Assembly: GCA_032718475.1 (NCBI GenBank)
Contig: JAUCBJ010007196.1
Coordinates: 1 to 45,931, forward strand
Direction of reading: 5' to 3'
Length of the DNA stretch: 45,931 nucleotides
Source of the DNA: Nemertoderma westbladi
Lineage: Eukaryota > Animalia > Xenacoelomorpha
This document shows positions 22,928-36,411 of this stretch, in pieces. The number at the start of each line of letters is the position of its first letter. Position 1 is the first letter of the stretch. The notes under the pieces are model-generated. The model searched no databases, was not told the DNA's origin, and saw nothing but the letters and a program-made list of their open reading frames with translations. Made by a program: the position numbers and the translations under genes.

Positions 22928-25900
22928 CCTATTCCTATTCCTATTCCTATTCCTATTCCTATTCCTATTCCTATTCCTATTCCTATTCCTATTCCTATTC
23001 CTATTCCTATTCCTATTCCTATTCCTATTCCTATTCCTATTCCTATTCCTATTCCTATTCCTATTCCCATTCCCATTCCCATTCCCATTCCCATTCCCAT
23101 TCCCATTCCCATTCCCATTCCCATTCCCATTCCCATTCCCATTCCCATTCCCATTCCCATTCCCATTCCCATTCCCATTCCCATTCCCATTCCCATTCCC
23201 ATTCCCATTCCCATTCCCATTCCCATTCCTATTCCTATTCCTATTCCTATTCCTATTCCTATTCCTATTCCTATTCCTATTCCTATTCCTATTCCTATTC
23301 CTATTCCTATTCCTATTCCTATTCCTATTCCTATTCCTATTCCTATTCCTATTCCTATTCCTATTCCTATTCCTATTCCTATTCCTATTCCTATTCCTAT
23401 TCCTATTCCTATTCCTATTCCTATTCCTATTCCTATTCCTATTCCTATTCCTATCCCATTCCCATTCCCATTCCCATTCCTATTCCTATTCCTATTCCTA
23501 TTCCTATTCCTATTCCTATTCCTATTCCTATTCCTATTCCTATTCCTATTCCTATTCCTATTCCTATTCCTATTCCTATTCCTATTCCTATTCCTATTCC
23601 TATTCCTATTCCTATTCCTATTCCTATTCCTATTCCTATTCCTATTCCTATTCCTATTCCTATTCCTATTCCTATTCCTATTCCTATTCCTATTCCTATT
23701 CCTATTCCTATTCCTATTCCTACTCCTACTCCTACTCCTACTCCTACTCCTACTCCTACTCCTACTCCTACTCCTATTCCTATTCCTATTCCTATTCCTA
23801 TTCCTATTCCTATTCCTATTCCTATTCCTATTCCTATTCCTATTCCTATTCCTATTCCTATTCCTATTCCTATTCCTATTCCTATTCCTATTCCTATTCC
23901 TATTCCTATTCCTATTCCTATTCCTATTCCTATTCCTATTCCTATTCCTATTCCTATTCCTATTCCCATTCCCATTCCCATTCCCATTCCCATTCCCATT
24001 CCCATTCCCATTCCCATTCCCATTCCCATTCCCATTCCCATTCCCATTCCCATTCCCATTCCCATTCCCATTCCCATTCCCATTCCCATTCCCATTCCCA
24101 TTCCCATTCCCATTCCCATTCCTATTCCTATTCCTATTCCTATTCCTATTCCTATTCCTATTCCTATTCCTATTCCTATTCCTATTCCTATTCCTATTCC
24201 TATTCCTATTCCTATTCCTATTCCTATTCCTATTCCTATTCCTATTCCTATTCCTATTCCTATTCCTATTCCTATTCCTATTCCTATTCCTATTCCTATT
24301 CCTATTCCTATTCCTATTCCTATTCCTATTCCTATTCCTATTCCTATTCCTATTCCTATTCCTATTCCTATTCCTATTCCCATTCCCATTCCCATTCCTA
24401 TTCCTATTCCTATTCCTATTCCTATTCCTATTCCTATTCCTATTCCTATTCCTATTCCTATTCCTATTCCTATTCCTATTCCTATTCCTATTCCTATTCC
24501 TATTCCTATTCCTATTCCTATTCCTATTCCTATTCCTATTCCTATTCCTATTCCTATTCCTATTCCTATTCCTATTCCTATTCCTATTCCTATTCCTATT
24601 CCTATTCCTATTCCTATTCCTATTCCTATTCCTATTCCTATTCCTATTCCTATTCCTACTCCTACTCCTACTCCTACTCCTACTCCTACTCCTACTCCTA
24701 TTCCTATTCCTATTCCTATTCCTATTCCTATTCCTATTCCTATTCCTATTCCTATTCCTATTCCTATTCCTATTCCTATTCCTATTCCTATTCCTATTCC
24801 TATTCCTATTCCTATTCCTATTCCTATTCCTATTCCTATTCCTATTCCTATTCCTATTCCTATTCCTATTCCTATTCCTATTCCCATTCCCATTCCCATT
24901 CCCATTCCCATTCCCATTCCCATTCCCATTCCCATTCCCATTCCCATTCCCATTCCCATTCCCATTCCCATTCCCATTCCCATTCCCATTCCCATTCCCA
25001 TTCCCATTCCCATTCCCATTCCCATTCCCATTCCCATTCCCATTCCCATTCCCATTCCCATTCCCATTCCCATTCCCATTCCCATTCCTATTCCTATTCC
25101 TATTCCTATTCCTATTCCTATTCCTATTCCTATTCCTATTCCTATTCCTATTCCTATTCCTATTCCTATTCCTATTCCTATTCCTATTCCCATTCCCATT
25201 CCCATTCCCATTCCCATTCCCATTCCCATTCCCATTCCCATTCCATTCCCATTCCCATTCCCATTCCCATTCCCATTCCCATTCCCATTCCCATTCCCAT
25301 TCCCATTCCCATTCCCATTCCCATTCCCATTCCCATTCCCATTCCCATTCCCATTCCCATTCCCATTCCCATTCCCATTCCCATTCCCATTCCCATTCCC
25401 ATTCCCATTCCCATTCCCATTCCCATTCCCATTCCCATTCCCATTCCCATTCCCATTCCCATTCCCATTCCCATTCCCATTCCCATTCCCATTCCCATTC
25501 CCATTCCCATTCCCATTCCCATTCCCATTCCCATTCCCATTCCCATTCCCATTCCCATTCCCATTCCCATTCCCATTCCCATTCCCATTCCCATTCCCAT
25601 TCCCATTCCCATTCCCATTCCCATTCCCATTCCCATTCCCATTCCCATTCCCATTCCCATTCCCATTCCCATTCCCATTCCCATTCCCATTCCCATTCCC
25701 ATTCCCATTCCCATTCCCATTCCCATTCCCATTCCCATTCCCATTCCCATTCCCATTCCCATTCCCATTCCCATTCCCATTCCCATTCCCATTCCCATTC
25801 CCATTCCCATTCCCATTCCCATTCCCATTCCCATTCCCATTCCCATTCCCATTCCCATTCCCATTCCCATTCCCATTCCCATTCCCATTCCCATTCCCAT

Positions 25901-27286
25901 TCCCATTCCCATTCCCATTCCCATTCCCATTCCCATTCCCATTCCCATTCCCATTCCCATTCCCATTCCCATTCCCATTCCCATTCCTATTCCCATTCCT
26001 ATTCCTATTCCTATTCCTATTCCTATTCCTATTCCTATTCCTATTCCTATTCCTATTCCTATTCCTATTCCTATTCCTATTCCTATTCCTATTCCTATTC
26101 CTATTCCTATTCCTATTCCTATTCCTATTCCTATTCCTATTCCTATTCCTATTCCTATTCCTATTCCTATTCCTATTCCTATTCCTATTCCTATTCCTAT
26201 TCCTATTCCTATTCCTATTCCTATTCCTATTCCTATTCCTATTCCTATTCCTATTCCTATTCCTATTCCTATTCCTATTCCTATTCCTATTCCTATTCCT
26301 ATTCCTATTCCTATTCCTATTCCTATTCCTATTCCTATTCCTATTCCTATTCCTATTCCTATTCCTATTCCTATTCCTATTCCTATTCCTATTCCTATTC
26401 CTATTCCTATTCCTATTCCTATTCCTATTCCTATTCCTATTCCTATTCCTATTCCTATTCCTATTCCTATTCCTATTCCTATTCCTATTCCTATTCCTAT
26501 TCCTATTCCTATTCCTATTCCTATTCCTATTCCTATTCCTATTCCTATTCCTATTCCTATTCCTATTCCTATTCCTATTCCTATTCCTATTCCTATTCCT
26601 ATTCCTATTCCTATTCCTATTCCTATTCCTATTCCTATTCCTATTCCTATTCCTATTCCTATTCCTATTCCTATTCCTATTCCTATTCCTATTCCTATTC
26701 CTATTCCTATTCCTATTCCTATTCCTATTCCTATTCCTATTCCTATTCCTATTCCTATTCCTATTCCTATTCCTATTCCTATTCCTATTCCTATTCCTAT
26801 TCCTATTCCTATTCCTATTCCTATTCCTATTCCTATTCCTATTCCTATTCCTATTCCTATTCCTATTCCTATTCCTATTCCTATTCCTATTCCTATTCCT
26901 ATTCCTATTCCTATTCCTATTCCTATTCCTATTCCTATTCCTATTCCTATTCCTATTCCTATTCCTATTCCTATTCCTATTCCTATTCCTATTCCTATTC
27001 CTATTCCTATTCCTATTCCTATTCCTATTCCTATTCCTATTCCTATTCCTATTCCTATTCCTATTCCTATTCCTATTCCTATTCCTATTCCTATTCCTAT
27101 TCCTATTCCTATTCCTATTCCTATTCCTATTCCTATTCCTATTCCTATTCCTATTCCTATTCCTATTCCTATTCCTATTCCTATTCCTATTCCTATTCCT
27201 ATTCCTATTCCTATTCCTATTCCTATTCCTATTCCTATTCCTATTCCTATTCCTATTCCTATTCCTATTCCTATTCCTATTCCTAT
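22928..27286. repeat. 4.36-kb hexamer satellite of TATTCC, CATTCC and TACTCC blocks
   Basis: Directly visible; two 1-nt phase slips near 23454 and 25243. Confidence 0.99.
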
Positions 27287-28312
27287 CCACAATCCTATTG
27301 GCCCAGCTGTTCCAGGTTGGTCTAGTGGTGGCGTGGATTGCTGAGCCAATGGGACGATTATTGCATCATCCCTGTTGCATCTCCTATAAATTGGCTGTGT
27401 TTCCGGTATGTGCATCTCAATCTCAATCTCGTTTTCTCTATCTTTGGACCCTTTTTCCTGTATTTTGTTTTCGCTTGCAATATTCATAATTCTTTGTAAT
27501 TATTTGTAAATTCTGATGTGTATCTTATTTCTCTTTAAATTATTTGCTGTGTTTTCTCAATTATCAATGGTTTCTGCAAATTACAACCTCGAACTATGAT
27601 TTCTACCCTTTGATTAATAGTTTTCTATGTGATTTAAGATGCGATAATCCCACGGGATTTCCTTCAGACTGCCAGACTGTTTGTGAATGCATGCGCCGCT
27701 ATGGTAGCTATTCGTTCTAATGGAAGGCTAAGGTACCAGTAGGCACGGCGGGCGCACCGGGGGGAAGCGACGAAGGGAGTGCAGAGGATTCAAAACGGGC
27801 AACTCTGGCGGGGGGTCACTGTTGCGGTCAGGAGGTAGTCAGTGGGGACTGAAGACCTACCGTCGGTACAGTATTAGGGGGCTGATGATCCAGATTTTGT
27901 CTCTATTTGTAGTGTTAGTGGGCAGGACTTGGGTTAGTTAGGAAGCATATATGTAGCCGGGGGAGGCCTTTGTGTTCTACACTGCTAACTGCTAATTGTA
28001 AATTGTTGATTGCATACTATACTGGTATACTGATACGCTACTGTGTGGTTTTAGTGCACTAGCTGTCTGGTAGTCAACGCAGTACCGTACTACTAGCTAA
28101 TTGCTACGCTAATTCGTATGTTGCTAAAGTGTGTCTGATTCTTGATTGTGAATGCTTAGATAGGCGCCTTTCACTTGATTGATTTCTATTTCTTAGTTTA
28201 CGTTTAATTATTGCTGATTAGGTCAAAATAATACAGTATTTAGGCTGTTGCTAGTGTAACCCAGTACATAATAAATTAGAAGTGATTGAAGTCCCAGTGG
28301 GGTATCTCAGTC

Positions 28313-28444
28313 TTAATATAAATATTATGATAATAGCGAATGAAAAAAATGCCATAGTGATGATTAAATCGAAACGTTCGAATTTAAATACTTTAATAAC
28401 TATGGCATTTTTTTCATTCGCTATTATCATAATATTTATATTAA
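28313..28444. mobile_element. 132-bp foldback / MITE-like element with 46-bp perfect inverted arms
   Basis: 28313-28358 is the reverse complement of 28399-28444; TTAA at both ends. Confidence 0.7.
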
Positions 28445-29269
28445 TAAATTAGAATTGCGTATTCTGGAACATTTAGTAATTAGTACGCTGTTCTGTATTT
28501 ATGACTGTAATTAATTTGCATTAAAATAAGAATTTGTACGCAGCATAGCAGAGAGTAGTTTAAGTAATTATTTAGAATACTGTAGACTATTTACGCTAGG
28601 CGGTTATTTGAAAATAGCGGGCAACAAGCTGATAGCAGCATCCAGTATACAGTAGTAAGATGCTGGCCTAAAGCCAGCAGAAGGCAAGTTTAGACCCTAA
28701 ATACAGTACCACGACTGGTCCCGGCAGGTCATTAAGTTATTTAAACATTCTCACATTCATCAATTCTGTTAGTGAATCCCAGTATTTGCGATAAGTGAAC
28801 ACGCTGAGTGTAAGCCACCCACACTCGTTTTAAATAGCTTAGGGAGCCGATTCAGGATTATTGTTTTGGTTATTCCCGCGTGGCTCATAGATTTAAACAG
28901 TTAGCTCTCTGTTAAGCGATCGGTAGAGAAAGGAGCAAGCGATTTTGTAGGAGCCGTATAAAATTAGTAAAATATATTGGCGGACGGCCAGGTTAGCGCC
29001 ATCCAGCAGTGAGAAGCAATTTTGTGTTTAGCAGCAGTGCAGCAGTAATAACGCGCTCCTGATCGCCCCTATTTAACAGTAAGACACAAAATATTTGCTG
29101 TTGCTTGCAACAGTAAAGAGCATTTGTTTATGAATCGCAAATACAGTAATTCATTGGGCCATTAGGGTAAACTGTAAATTAGTAAGTTTTGAAAATTTTA
29201 GCTAGGTTTGTGAGAATTCAGTTTCGGTCAAAATTATTTTATAATAAAATCTAGAGTTTTTGTACCGGT

Positions 29270-32200
29270 ATGTTAGATAACCGCTTAGTTGTTTTATACC
29301 ATCAGGAGATACATGGCGAGACGGAGCCTCTGAGCTTGGGGTTTGTGTGGGCCTGCGGGTTCGGTTTGCGATCAGTGACGAGACTGAAACTTTGGACACG
29401 GACGCGACGGAAGGTTATATGTGCTAGATTCCTAGTTTCTCACAACTCGGTGGAGGAGTGAAGACAACAATTAGACGAACAACAGGCAGACATTTTACAT
29501 GCAGCGGAGGCACGGAAGGAAGCCGAACGAGAAAGGAAGCGCAAACGGAAGTTAGACGCAAAGCTGCGCGAGTTGGAGGACATAAGTAAGCGTGAGCAAG
29601 CCGAACGCGAACAGGAAGAACGCGAACTCCAACTCAAGCGTGAATGCGAACAGAAGGAACTCCAACTTGAGCGCGAACACAAACAGAAAGAACGCGAACT
29701 CCAACTCGAACGCAAACAGAAGGAACGCGAACGGAAGGAACGTGAACTCCAACTCGAACGCGAATGGGAAGCCAAGGAATGCAAACAAAGGAGACGCGAA
29801 TTTCAACTCAAACGCGAGCGCAAGGAGTGCGAACTCGAGCGCAAGAAAGAGCGATGCGCGCTATACGAAGAGAAGGCGCGACTGGAGGAAGAGAGCGCAG
29901 CGAGACTCACGAGGGAAGAAGAACAACGCAAACTGGCGCAATTGGAAAGTGCGAGACTAAACTTAGAGAGCGAAGAACGAACTAGGAAGGCGAATGAAAT
30001 CGCCGAGAAGGGGATGCAAATGATCGAAGAATGTGGGGCGAGTGTAGGTACCGAGTTGTGAGAACTGTTCGCACAGCAGAAGGCCGAACAGGAGGCGAGA
30101 ACTCCGGTTATACGTGAGTCGATGGCAACCAGAATTCCTATACCCGGTCCAGCTATTACGAGTACTCGGATCGCTAAACCGCTTTCTACATACCGCATGC
30201 CAGTTGGGATTAGTGCTTCACCCATCGCGCAGGATCCGAGCCATCAGGACAGTGCACCGCGATGCAACTATTATCGGGACGATGAGGAGTTTAGAGAAGA
30301 AACTCCTAGAGGCCGAGTATTGGGAGAACCGAAACCGCAGGTTTGGAATACGCAGATGGATCGCCGACCCAGTTCGACGGAGAACTTCCGAGTTAAACCG
30401 GAAGAGGGATCATATGAGAGACAGCAGATTACCCAAATAGAGCTGACAATTCAGCGGAACCCTAGCTAGGAGTTTATTATGAGGGAGGAATTAGGTGCAA
30501 GCTTAGCGCAAGCTATATCGCCGCACATCTAACGGACATGCTTATTAACCTACAGTTAAAGGAAGCAGCACAGGTAAGAAGTAATTCTAATCCTAGCAGG
30601 CCTGAACTAGATAGAGTCCAACCTGGCCAACGAGTATGCATATCGGAGGCAACAATACCACAAGGACTTCAGGTAAGAACGCCCGTCCCTACGTTCCATA
30701 ATCCCCACTTCGAGCACTCGGCGGAGAGATTTATACAAGAGGCCTGGGTCAGGGCCTCGGCGCATAAACCGACGCGAGCGCTGAGGACCGACACAGACTC
30801 GAGCGATGAAGAGGAAGAATTGAGATGTCAGAAGTCCCAAAACCAGAAGGAAAGAAGGACCGACGCGGAGCAGGTAAGTATGAATCCCCGGGAAAGTACC
30901 AGACTTAACAACCCTGCAGAACTAAACAATTTGTTAACCCGGAATGACGCAACCCTTAGAGACATAGGTAAGTTTGCCGCTAGGCAAGGACGGCTGACGC
31001 AACAACCCCAGAAGTTTATGGGCAACCATAAGCATTGGAGGACGTTTAAAACCTATGTCGACGAACAGCTGACCAACAGCACCTTTACTCCCAACAAGAA
31101 GTTCAACTATCTACTGCAAATGCTCCATCGAGAACCTAGAGCCATTGCTGATAACTTCGTCGGCAATGAAAGATCGTTTGAACTAGCTATGAAGACACTT
31201 AGTGACATCTATGGGAATGAAACCAAGATGGCACAGTCGATAGTGGAAGACTTGGGTAAGGGCGGAAGGATTACGACTCCGTTGCAGCTGTTGAACTTAG
31301 CGAAAGCTATTTCGAACGCATTAGACATCTTAAGGATGGTAAATCTGCCTCATCATGGCAATCACGCCAAAGTTTTAAAGAGCATAATAAGACGTTTAAA
31401 CATGCGTTACCGACAGAAATGGCGTAAACTAGAAAATAAGTTAGGGGGTCAAGGTAAGTTGTTGACACTTCAACACATCCATGACATGATAGCCACAGAT
31501 GCGCTAGCAGAGATGAAATCAAACTTCTCAGAGGAGAATATAAGAGAGTCTAAACCTGTTACCGGTAAGTCAATGGTAAGTTTTGACGATGACAAAAAAC
31601 ACTGTCATGTATGGCGCCAGTGCCCGAACAGCAAGGACGGATGCATGGAGTGCGGCAGACTACATCACAAGTTGCTACATGCGGACTTCCATACCCTAAC
31701 GGACCGTTATCTACAGAGGAATCCTCAAAGGAAGGGGAGCAGAGATCCCGTAACGATAAGGAAGAATACGTACACCGGCATCCAGGACGATGGGTATCAA
31801 CCAGGTTTGTCGGATGAGGATGGTGAGGCAAGCGCGAGAGAGGTGACCTGCCAAGGGTTCACCGCGGATAGTTCATCGACCAGCGCGCGGACGTATTTAT
31901 CATCGGCCACATCAGAAATATTCAGCGTGATTCCGGTGAAACTTACTGGAGCTAAGGGATCGAAGAGAATATATGTGATGTTGGACACTGCGTCCACATT
32001 ATCGTATATAGACAAAACGGAAGTAGCGAGAGCTGTTTCCAGCTTCCAGGATGCAGAGGAAATCCAAATAGAGTTAAAATCCATGCACGGGGTAGGAGAC
32101 GTTAAGGGACATAAGATTTCGGGAGAACTAGACTCCCTACTCCCGAGAGACGAGCACACTTGCCAAGAGCGGAGAGCATTGCCATTGGATGGATTCAAGT

Positions 32201-32298
32201 GTCTAGCTATGAAAGGGTTCGGCAGGCAGTTAGGTAAGGTGCGCAAGGTAAGGTCGCGCACCAAATATGGGAAACGAGACCAGCTGAGCCGTATGTAA
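29270..32298 (+). pseudogene. E2 gag-protease: coiled-coil repeat N-terminus, capsid-like domain, partly deleted knuckles, protease
   Basis: ERELQLER repeats; FMGNHKHWRTF; CMECGRLHHKLLH; VMLDTAS; in-frame stops at 29461, 30061 and 30469. Confidence 0.85.
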
Positions 32299-32518
32299 AT
32301 GGGCCACACGCCCATAGGACTATATTAGGTTGGTATACACGAGTACCCATGTCCTATGAGTTTTCAGGCGGCAACAAGCCAAAGGATAGACACGACGAAT
32401 TACAGCCTATAACACAACAACCGTTAGTAGAACCACCAGACATAGACGAGTTTATGAGAACCTGTATTGACCACTATAGCGACTTTAGCGAGTCAGACGA
32501 TTTCCCGATAATGTTAGA

Positions 32519-34416
32519 TTGTTAGAACCACTCTACAACGACCGGACAGATAGTGAACCCGAGGACTACTGTTATCAGACCCATGGGTCTGGTTCAGTGG
32601 CCCACGCCACTTATTTGAGCAATGTTTTGACTTATACCAATATAGTGGAGGGTCAGGTGGCTAAATATCGAGACCTCGACATTTTCCAGTTCAGTAAGGA
32701 GGAGTTACAGAAGGAACTGATACGCCAGGACCTCGAGACAGGAGCTAAAACCGTCGAATGGCTGGATAGGGATGCTATGGAACCCGGTGGATACGACCTA
32801 ACCATGTCCACTGATGAGAAACGGTCGCTAGAGATGATGGAAGACACCATACGTCTGCTACCAACGGGATATTTTGAAGTTGGAATGTTGTGGCGTCGAC
32901 AACCCCCTAAGTTGGAGAACAATTACAACTCAGCCCTGAAAAGATTAAACGGAGTAAGGGCTCGGTTGCTAAAGAATCAATCAAAATCGAATGGATGGTC
33001 CCAACCTAAATAACTACTTAATAGGGATACTGCTAGGCTTTAGACAGCGCCAATTTGCGTTTACTTGCGACATCGAGGCGATGTTTCACCAGGTAAGAGC
33101 CTGCAAGGCGGACCAGGATAGTCTCAGATTTCTCTGGTACGAGAATGAAGACCTATCCGGCCCAGTGGTCACATACCAGATGTATGTCAGGATATTCGGC
33201 GCCCATGATAGTCCAAATGGCACGCTGTTCGTTTTAAAGAAAACGGCGACAGTCCAGATTGGTAAGTATCCAGTAGAAGTTATCGAGTCCATCCTGAGAA
33301 ACTTCTTCATGGACAACGGATTGGTGTCCAAGGACACAGCGGAACAAGCCATAGAAGTAGCTCTCGGCCTACAGGAGTGCTTGGCTACAGGGGGTTTCCC
33401 ACTGACCAAGTTCACCACCAACTTGGAGGCCCTATTAGAGTCATTCCCGGTGAGAGATCGCGGGGGCGGAGACATTGAATTGGGTGTAGAACTCATCCCC
33501 ATGGCGCGAGTACTGGGACTCGCTTGGAATCCGAACACGGATAAGTTCTAGGTGAGAGTTGGGTTTGAACCCAGTAGTCCAGACAAAATTTTGACTAAAA
33601 GAATCTGCTTGTCAACAATGAGTAGACTATTTGACCCGTTGAACTTTATCAGTCCGGTAATATTACATGCACGAGTATGTATGAGGAAAATTTGGCTGTC
33701 TGACCTAGAGTGGAACGAGCCAATATCCCCTATACATGCTAGCAAAGCAGTGGAGAGAGTGGGAAGCCGAGTTGCATCTGTTGAAAAATATAGATGTACC
33801 CCGCTCCTACTTTCCGAATCAGCTGGTATTTCCAGCTGATTTTGAACTGCACTTATTTAGTGATGCAAGTGACACCGGCTTTGGTATGGTAGCCTACCTT
33901 CGCTGAGAGGTAAGTCAAGATAAGTTTGAGACGGCCTTTGTGACTTCTAGATCAAAGACAATGCCGGTCAAATACATGACTGTCCCTCGTGCAGAGTTGC
34001 AGGCGGCAGTAGTCTCGGTTGAGGTAAGTAAGCAAATAATAGAGGAGTTGGACATGACATTGACATTATTCTATTGGACGGACGTATCCTTAGTGTTAGT
34101 GAATATTGCAGCTGACAATATTGCACTAAAGACATTTGTGGCCAATAGACGCGCTCAGATCGTCGACTTCTCGACGAAGGAACAATGGAGACATTGTCCT
34201 GGAGTGTTAAACCTAGCTGACATAACTTCGAGAGGTGCTATGCCGGCGGAATTCTGTCAAGAGGAGTCCCAGGAGTTTTGGTTACATGGGCCTGATTTTC
34301 TAACGAGGACACAGGAACATTGGCCGGAGCGACTAAAGATAGTGACCAATCCGATGCCGATGGATGCAGAAGTCAAAGTGGAGAAAGTTTCCAAGTCTAA
34401 GTCGAAAGCCAAACTC
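32519..34416 (+). pseudogene. E2 reverse transcriptase + RNase H (Pao type), inactivated
   Basis: GPNLNN...DIEAMFHQV, LRFLW, NFFMDNGL (catalytic DD reads DN), RVLGLAWN, FDPLNF, ELHLFSDAS, VPRAELQAA, WRHCPGVLNLADITSRG. Internal deletion near 32990 plus stops. Confidence 0.92.
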
Positions 34417-34605
34417 GAGTCATTGGAGCGGCGTGAAGAGTCATTGGAGCGGCCTGAAGAGTCATTGGAGCGGCCTGAAGAGTCATTGGAGCGGCCTGAA
34501 GAGTCATTGGAGCGGCCTGAAGAGTCATTGGAGCGGCCTGAAGAGTCATTGGAGCGGCCTGAAGAGTCATTGGAGCGGCCTGAAGAATCATTGTAGTGGC
34601 CCGGA
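34417..34605 (+). repeat. 21-bp minisatellite (8 full + 1 degenerate copies) encoding ESLERPE
   Basis: Unit GAGTCATTGGAGCGGCCTGAA in the RNase H-integrase linker. Confidence 0.97.
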
Positions 34606-35134
34606 GACCTGTCAGACCAAGAGACGTACGTGACTATGAGGTCCGGAAGGGTAAGTTACAACATAAAACCACCCTTACAGACTACACAAGGGTCACAATT
34701 GGTAAGTGACGGACAGAAAATGACTGACAAAATGGAGCCTTCGGTTTCCAAACCTGCGGGTTTGGATTTGAAACTTCCATTAGCTAGAGGACAACCGTTG
34801 CTGGCATTAGAGTCATGTAGTATTTATGACAAATTACTAAATTCGTCCGCCTCTTGGCTGACAATTTGTAAAAGAACTGCGTGGTTTAAGCCGATACGTT
34901 TTGTACCTTTGTTTAAAATATTCGAAACACTTAGGAGAACAAACGAGCACTAATAACGAGCGAATTCAGAAATTGAAACAACCTCTGACAGAGGATGAGA
35001 TTGATCAAGCGGAATTAAAGCATTTGAGACATTATCAAATGTGTGCCTTCCCAAAATAATTCTATCTATTATCGGCTCAACAACCAGTTCTCTATAAACC
35101 CCTCAAAAAATGGAGTCCATTAATCCATAGGGGT

Positions 35135-36411
35135 TTGATTTGTCATAGATCGAAAATCCAGACTGTCGACATAAACTCACAGTTTAGGTTCCCAGTGATA
35201 ATCCCTAGTCACCCAATAGAATTGCAAAGAGCGATTCTATGGGATATACATAAGAGGCTGCATCACGTGGGAAGGTTACACTGTTTGTCGGCAGCGAGAC
35301 AGCGATTCATTCTATTGCAGCCAAGCAGGGCAGTAGGTACTATGTACGAAGCCTGTCAGGTTTGCAAGAGGGTGAACGCCAGAGTATTGGAACAGGAGAT
35401 GGCTGAACTCCCGGAAGCGAGAGTGCAGGCATATGACCCACCCTTCACAAATACAGGGCTGGACTGTTTTGGTCTGATTGAGGCAAAGAGTGGACGGCTG
35501 ACCCACAAGAGATGGGGCCTGCTACTGATATGTATGGCTAGTAGAGCCATACACATAGAGCGTGTGGCACACATGTCGACCAAATCTCTGCTCCTGGCCT
35601 TAAAGAGATTTATGACCAGGAGAGGACTAGTAAAGGCGTTCTACTCCGACAAGGGTACAAACTCTGTTGGGGGGAATAGCGAGTTAAACGCGGCTCATAG
35701 GGCGGTGCAGAATAGAGAAATCTCTGCAGCACTTTTGCCGCAAAGAGTGGAGTAGAAGTTTAACACTGTAGAAAGTCCCTGGAGAGGAGGAAGTTGGGAG
35801 CGTTTGGTTCGTTCCATCAAACAGGCTATTGCTAAAACATTGCCTGTAAACAAACAACTTACAGACGACGAGCTGGTAACAGCTTTTATTGAAATCGAGC
35901 ATACTTTGAACTCGAGGCCGATAGCTATGTTGCCTGACGGCGTTGAACTAACGCCAAATCATTTGCTAATGCAGAGTCCAGCATTTCTTGTGCCGGCATT
36001 AGAACCCATTAGTGCCGACCTATACAGTCGAAAGAGCTGGAATTTAACACAGTTTGTGGTGTACACATTCTGGGAATATTGGCGGAAATATTATCTTCCC
36101 ACAATATCCACCAGATCTAAGTGGTAAAAACAGTTTGGAGCCTCCAAAAAGGAGACTACGTATTAATAACCGAACCAGTTGTCAAGAGAAAGTATTGGGA
36201 GACCAGAGTCATCTTACACATACACCCGGACGTACAAAATATAGTACGCACCGTCACTGTAAAAATAAGGTGCAAGTGTCCAAACCAAAATAAGTGTAAA
36301 ACTAATGGTTTACACACCTTAGACAGACCGGTCCAAGATATCGTGTTACTAGAGGAGACACGCATCGAGACAGGAGACTATAATTTGTCTTCTGCCTCAA
36401 ACCAAAATTAG
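35135..36411 (+). pseudogene. E2 integrase (stop at 35755, frameshift near 36125)
   Basis: HHCC, TGLDCFG, YSDKGTN, GSWERLV, LNSRP; C-terminal LLEETR.ETGDY is shared with E1. Confidence 0.92.

Larger units (their letters stand above)
22506..29112 (+). repeat. Putative 5' LTR of E2 (~2.2 kb excluding the satellite)
   Basis: TGTTG...CAACA termini, CCAAT boxes, TATAAA near 27385. Net length matches the proposed E1 LTR; no second copy confirms it. Confidence 0.4.

Noticed and set aside
22928-27286. Telomeric array
   Set aside because: Interstitial, does not match TTAGG or TTAGGG, and there is no evidence of a chromosome end.
22847-27489. Very long dipeptide-repeat ORFs on both strands
   Set aside because: Artefacts of a hexamer satellite that lacks stops in most frames.
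29113-29125. Self-complementary primer site for E2
   Set aside because: I found no convincing complement in the E2 LTR, and the LTR end itself is uncertain.
34417-34605. CRISPR-like array
   Set aside because: No spacers; pure tandem repeat in a eukaryotic retroelement.
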